Assembly (NCBI GenBank): GCA_017521025.1
Contig: JAFXEB010000009.1
Coordinates: 382 to 64,381 of the forward strand
Length of the DNA: 64,000 nt
DNA from: Clostridia bacterium
GTDB lineage: Bacteria > Bacillota > Clostridia > Oscillospirales > CAG-382
Direction: 5' to 3'
This document shows, piece after piece, positions 60,718 through 64,000 of this stretch (its first letter is position 1; each line of letters opens with the position of its first letter). The notes below the pieces were generated by a model. The model saw nothing but the letters and a program-made list of their open reading frames with translations. It did no database searches and was not told the origin of the DNA. The position numbers and the translations under genes are program-made.

Positions 60718-61779
60718 ATGAATTTTCTGAAAAAAGCGGCTTTTTCGCTGATATACGGCGTTTTGTTGATTTCCTTTACCGCCTACATTCTTTTGTATAC
60801 CTATGTGTTGCCCGATGACGGTATCGACGTTCAAAACCCACCCGACACCATAATATGGGGCGACCAAAGCTCTGCGTCTGAGCCTGAGTCCGGTGCTGAG
60901 TCCGGTGCAGAAAGCGTTTCGGATCAAAGCGAGCTCTCCGATGATAGCGGTGAGGAGAGTGCCGAAAGCGCAGAGCAGTCTTCTGAGGAGGAGTCTTCAG
61001 AGGAGGAGTCTTCCGAGGAAAAGCCTGTATGGCACGAGCCTGTTATCACCGACACCTCATACGATGACGGTCTGGTGCAGATTACGCTCACCACCTATAG
61101 GGAGTACAATACTACCATCTACGTTGCAGACATCAAAATAGCCACACCTGAGCTCCTTAAAACAGGGCTTGGCGGCGACAGGTTCGGCAGAAACATACTC
61201 AGAAAGACATCCGATATAGCCGCAGGCAAGGAAGCAATTCTTGCAGTAAACGGCGACTATTACTGTGCAAGAAAGGGCTGTGTTCTTCGTAACGGCGCTT
61301 TGTACCGTGATTTCAGCAACGACCCCGATGACGAGTCTCTCGTTATCTACGCCGACGGCTCGGTTGACTGCGTCAAGGAGTGTGAGTCTGACGGTGAGAC
61401 CCTGCTTGCGGCAGGTGCTATGCAGGTCATCTCCTTCGGTCCTGCCCTTATAGAGGACGGCGAGCTTAGCGTTACCACCACTGACGAGGTAGATAGGGCA
61501 ATGGTGCTTAATCCCCGTTGCGCCTTTGCATATTACGATAAGCTTCATTACGCTTTTGTGGTATCTGACGGCAGAACAAGCGAAAGCAAGGGACTAAAGC
61601 TTTATCAGCTTGCCGAGTTTATGAAGGGGCTTGGCGCTAAGGAGGCGTACAACTTTGACGGCGGCGGGTCTGCCACTATGTATTTCAACGGCAAGGTCAT
61701 CAACAAGCCCACCACAAACGGTAAAGAAATAGTTGAAAGGAAGGTCAGCGACATTGTCTACATCGGCTATAAATACTAA
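60718..61779 (+). CDS. Phosphodiester glycosidase family (NAGPA/DUF2233) protein with an N-terminal anchor and an acidic Ser/Glu linker
   Basis: It has a transmembrane helix FSLIYGVLLISFTAYILLYTYV, an SE-rich linker, and the segments ILAVNGDYY, PRCAFAY and AYNFDGGGSATMYF typical of DUF2233. Confidence 0.75.
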   Translation: MNFLKKAAFSLIYGVLLISFTAYILLYTYVLPDDGIDVQNPPDTIIWGDQSSASEPESGAESGAESVSDQSELSDDSGEESAESAEQSSEEESSEEESSEEKPVWHEPVITDTSYDDGLVQITLTTYREYNTTIYVADIKIATPELLKTGLGGDRFGRNILRKTSDIAAGKEAILAVNGDYYCARKGCVLRNGALYRDFSNDPDDESLVIYADGSVDCVKECESDGETLLAAGAMQVISFGPALIEDGELSVTTTDEVDRAMVLNPRCAFAYYDKLHYAFVVSDGRTSESKGLKLYQLAEFMKGLGAKEAYNFDGGGSATMYFNGKVINKPTTNGKEIVERKVSDIVYIGYKY

Positions 61780-62209
61780 ACCAAAAAAGAAAAACAGGAG
61801 GATAGCCGTAGCCTATCTTGCTGTCTGCGCCTTCTGCGGCTTTTTCAGCTCCGTATATTTCAGGTTCAGCCACGGTGTAAGCTCTGATTATATGGTGTTC
61901 CTTTGTCTGTACCCCTTCGTGGGCGGCGTGGTGCCGTACACCGCTTTGTATCTGACAAAGCTTCCGACGCCCAAGGGCATCGCCGCACATTGCTATAATT
62001 GGGGCGTAGCGACTATTGCCATCGGCTCTATGATAAGGGGCATTATCGATATATCCGGTTATGTGGTGACCCACGTCACCCTCCTTGGCATAGAGGTAAA
62101 CTATACGAAGCTATATTTCGTTGCGGGCGGTCTGCTTATGGCATACGGCATTGTTCTCTACGTTATAGGTCTGGTGATGGGCGCAAAGCAAAAAACAGTT
62201 GCAAATTAA
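61733..62209 (+). CDS. Hypothetical polytopic membrane protein (158 aa)
   Basis: It has four or five hydrophobic segments. The only in-frame ATG overlaps the upstream gene by 47 nt, so the true start is uncertain. Confidence 0.5.
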   Translation: MKGRSATLSTSAINTKPKKKNRRIAVAYLAVCAFCGFFSSVYFRFSHGVSSDYMVFLCLYPFVGGVVPYTALYLTKLPTPKGIAAHCYNWGVATIAIGSMIRGIIDISGYVVTHVTLLGIEVNYTKLYFVAGGLLMAYGIVLYVIGLVMGAKQKTVAN

Positions 62210-62279
62210 AGCGTATTTGCGTATAATAGTGCAGAGAGCTTTATAAAGCACATCTGCAGTTTTAAGGAGAATAAGCGTT

Positions 62280-63323
62280 TTGAGTAAAAAAACGGTAGCA
62301 ATAATCTTCGGCGGCGTATCCTCCGAGTATTCGGTGTCTCTTATGTCTGCCTGCTCGGTAATAAACAATACCGATAGCGAAAAGTACGATAAGGTACTTA
62401 TAGGCATAACCGAGGCAGGGGAGTGGTACCGCTATACGGGCGATACGGAAAAAATACTTAATGACGGGTGGTGGCAGGACGATAGTCTGCTCACTCCCAT
62501 AACAGTGGCGGTCAGCCGCAGTGTTCACGGCTTTTTGGAGTATAAAAACGGTACCTGCAGTCCGCTTTACGTGGACTGTGCGCTCCCGATCCTCCACGGC
62601 AAAAACGGTGAGGACGGTACTGTTCAGGGTATGCTTGAGCTGGCGGGCATCCCCGTGGCAGGCTGTGGCTCTCTCGGCTCCTGCCTGTGCATGAACAAGC
62701 ATCTGACCCAAAAGCTTGCCGAGACCGTGGGCGTCCCTGTGCCCAGATCCTTGGTGCTGTACGAGGGTGACAGCATGACAGCCGCCCGTATTTTTGCGGA
62801 CGGTGTAGGCTACCCCGTGTTTGTAAAGCCTGTCAAGGCGGGCTCCTCCTATGGTGTGACTAAGGTAGAGCGGGCGGTGGACCTTGCCGCCGCTATCGAC
62901 ACCGCCTTCCGCTATGACGATACCGTTATGGTGGAGGAGGCTGTGGTGGGCAGAGAGATATCTTGTGCGGTTATGGGTAATAAGGAGCTTATAGTCGGTG
63001 AGGTAGACGAGACCGAGGTAAAGGACGGCTTTTACGATTTTGCCGCCAAATATGCCCCCAAGTCTACGGTAATACACCTTCCTGCCCGTCTTAACGTGGC
63101 TGAGAGGGAGCGTGTAAAGGACATAGCAAAGCGTCTTTACCGTGCCACGGGCTGTAACGGCTTTGCCAGGGTGGACCTTTTTTACACCGATAAGGGCGAG
63201 GTCATCTTTGGGGAGATAAACACCATCCCCGGCTTTACCGAGCACAGCCATTTCCCTAAGATGATGGGCGCCGCAGGCTATAGCTTTCCTCAGATTATAG
63301 AATATTTTATCGAAAATTGCTGA
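62280..63323 (+). CDS. ddl: D-alanine--D-alanine ligase family protein
   Basis: It carries the N-terminal VAIIFGGVSSEYSVSLMS, HGKNGEDGTVQG, an ATP-grasp core and the C-terminal EINTIPGFT. It starts at a TTG 8 nt after the SD aaggaga. Confidence 0.9.
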   Translation: MSKKTVAIIFGGVSSEYSVSLMSACSVINNTDSEKYDKVLIGITEAGEWYRYTGDTEKILNDGWWQDDSLLTPITVAVSRSVHGFLEYKNGTCSPLYVDCALPILHGKNGEDGTVQGMLELAGIPVAGCGSLGSCLCMNKHLTQKLAETVGVPVPRSLVLYEGDSMTAARIFADGVGYPVFVKPVKAGSSYGVTKVERAVDLAAAIDTAFRYDDTVMVEEAVVGREISCAVMGNKELIVGEVDETEVKDGFYDFAAKYAPKSTVIHLPARLNVAERERVKDIAKRLYRATGCNGFARVDLFYTDKGEVIFGEINTIPGFTEHSHFPKMMGAAGYSFPQIIEYFIENC

Positions 63324-63349
63324 ACTTAATATAAACCTACGCATCATAA

Positions 63350-63378
63350 AAGGAGCCGTCCGCATAAGACAGCTCCTT
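63350..63378. terminator. Hairpin between convergent ddl and the ABC exporter gene
   Basis: aaggagccgtc (63350-63360) pairs with gacagctcctt (63368-63378) and is followed by CTTCTTTTG. Confidence 0.65.
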
Positions 63379-63390
63379 CTTCTTTTGTAT

Positions 63391-64000
63391 TCAGGCGCCT
63401 GTTCCCGTAAGTCTCTCTTTGTTGTACTGCAGAGTATAAAGCCTGTAATAGCGCCCCTTCAGTGCGAGCAGCTCCTTGTGGGTGCCCTGCTCCTTTATCT
63501 CACCATGGGACAAAAGAATGATATTGTCGGCGTGCTGAATGGTAGACAGCCTGTGGGCGACCATAAGCATTGTGCCGATATTCATAAGCCTTTCAAGGGA
63601 GTTTTGTATAAGTAGCTCCGTTTCCGTGTCGATATTCGCCGTGGCTTCATCGAGTATCATCACCGATGGCTTGTGGAGGATAGTCCGTGCAAAGGACAAA
63701 AGCTGTCTCTGCCCTGCGGAAAAGTTGTTGCCCATCTCTCTTACGGGCTCGTCAAGTCCACCCTCAAGCTTTTCAATAAAGCTGTCGGCGTTCACGTAGC
63801 GGCAAGCCTCCATTATCTCCTCGTCGGTAAAGCTCTCGTCTCTAAGCACGATATTGCTCCTTACCGTGCCCGAAAACAGAAATACGTTTTGCAGCATTTG
63901 TCCGAAATGGCGGCGCAGTGAGGATATTTTTATCCTCCGTATGTCTATGCCGTCAATAAGTATCTGCCCCTTTTGTATATCGTAGTTTCTGCAAATAAGA
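63391..64000 (-). CDS. ABC exporter ATP-binding domain (MsbA/MdlB-like), partial; it continues beyond the window
   Basis: It has the signature FSAGQRQLLSFARTIL, Walker B MILDEATANID and H-loop MVAHRLST. The reading frame stays open up to position 64000. Confidence 0.85.
   Translation of the reverse strand, partial: LICRNYDIQKGQILIDGIDIRRIKISSLRRHFGQMLQNVFLFSGTVRSNIVLRDESFTDEEIMEACRYVNADSFIEKLEGGLDEPVREMGNNFSAGQRQLLSFARTILHKPSVMILDEATANIDTETELLIQNSLERLMNIGTMLMVAHRLSTIQHADNIILLSHGEIKEQGTHKELLALKGRYYRLYTLQYNKERLTGTGA

Noticed and set aside
62262-63365. 367-aa minus-strand ORF opposite ddl
   Set aside because: The plus strand encodes an unmistakable D-Ala-D-Ala ligase. The antisense frame also crosses the terminator hairpin.

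Overview
The window is a 64-kb chromosomal segment of a Gram-positive anaerobe, about 50-55% GC by eye. The dockerin and cohesin modules, CotF-type spore coat genes and gene content point to Clostridia, probably a Ruminococcus/Oscillospiraceae-like organism.

Gene content, left to right:
- Positions 1-8.7 kb hold a minus-strand phage head-morphogenesis module. It runs terS, terL, portal, scaffold, major capsid and four further structural genes, and it stops directly against host-type genes.
- Next come GtrA, a family-5 solute-binding lipoprotein, an amidase_3-SH3 gene and two tandem PASTA-GHL10 lipoproteins.
- A T-box leader, which I read as Ile-specific, sits in front of an XRE-cupin-acyl-CoA synthetase fusion.
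- A 2362-aa cyclic beta-1,2-glucan synthase-like gene follows, then SGNH and MBL hydrolases, a CotF pair and a nitroreductase.
- Housekeeping genes rpsU and infC-rpmI-rplT come next, followed by a NusG_II/Gx-transporter pair, YigZ, aspartate kinase and tRNA-Arg(CCU).
- Beside the tRNA is a small AT-rich islet flanked by inverted repeats.
- A BlaI/BlaR1-type pair follows, in which the sensor is a 1825-aa LRR giant.
- After it come cohesin/dockerin proteins and an operon of HPr-kinase-like, PqqD, S24/S26-like peptidase, nucleotidyltransferase-MORN and PAP2 genes.
- The window ends with a 1399-aa GLUG-EEP-dockerin protein, an acyl-CoA-dehydratase-activase-like pair, ddl and a partial ABC exporter.

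Leads I would follow first:
- The orphan RiPP-style tailoring operon at 47.3-51.6 kb.
- The T-box-controlled acyl-CoA synthetase fusion.
- The giant BlaR1-like sensor.
- The tRNA-adjacent islet.
- A structured palindromic repeat family present in two copies.

All domain calls come from reading motifs in the translations. No database search was run. Start codons that I moved away from the ORF track are noted in the evidence for each feature.
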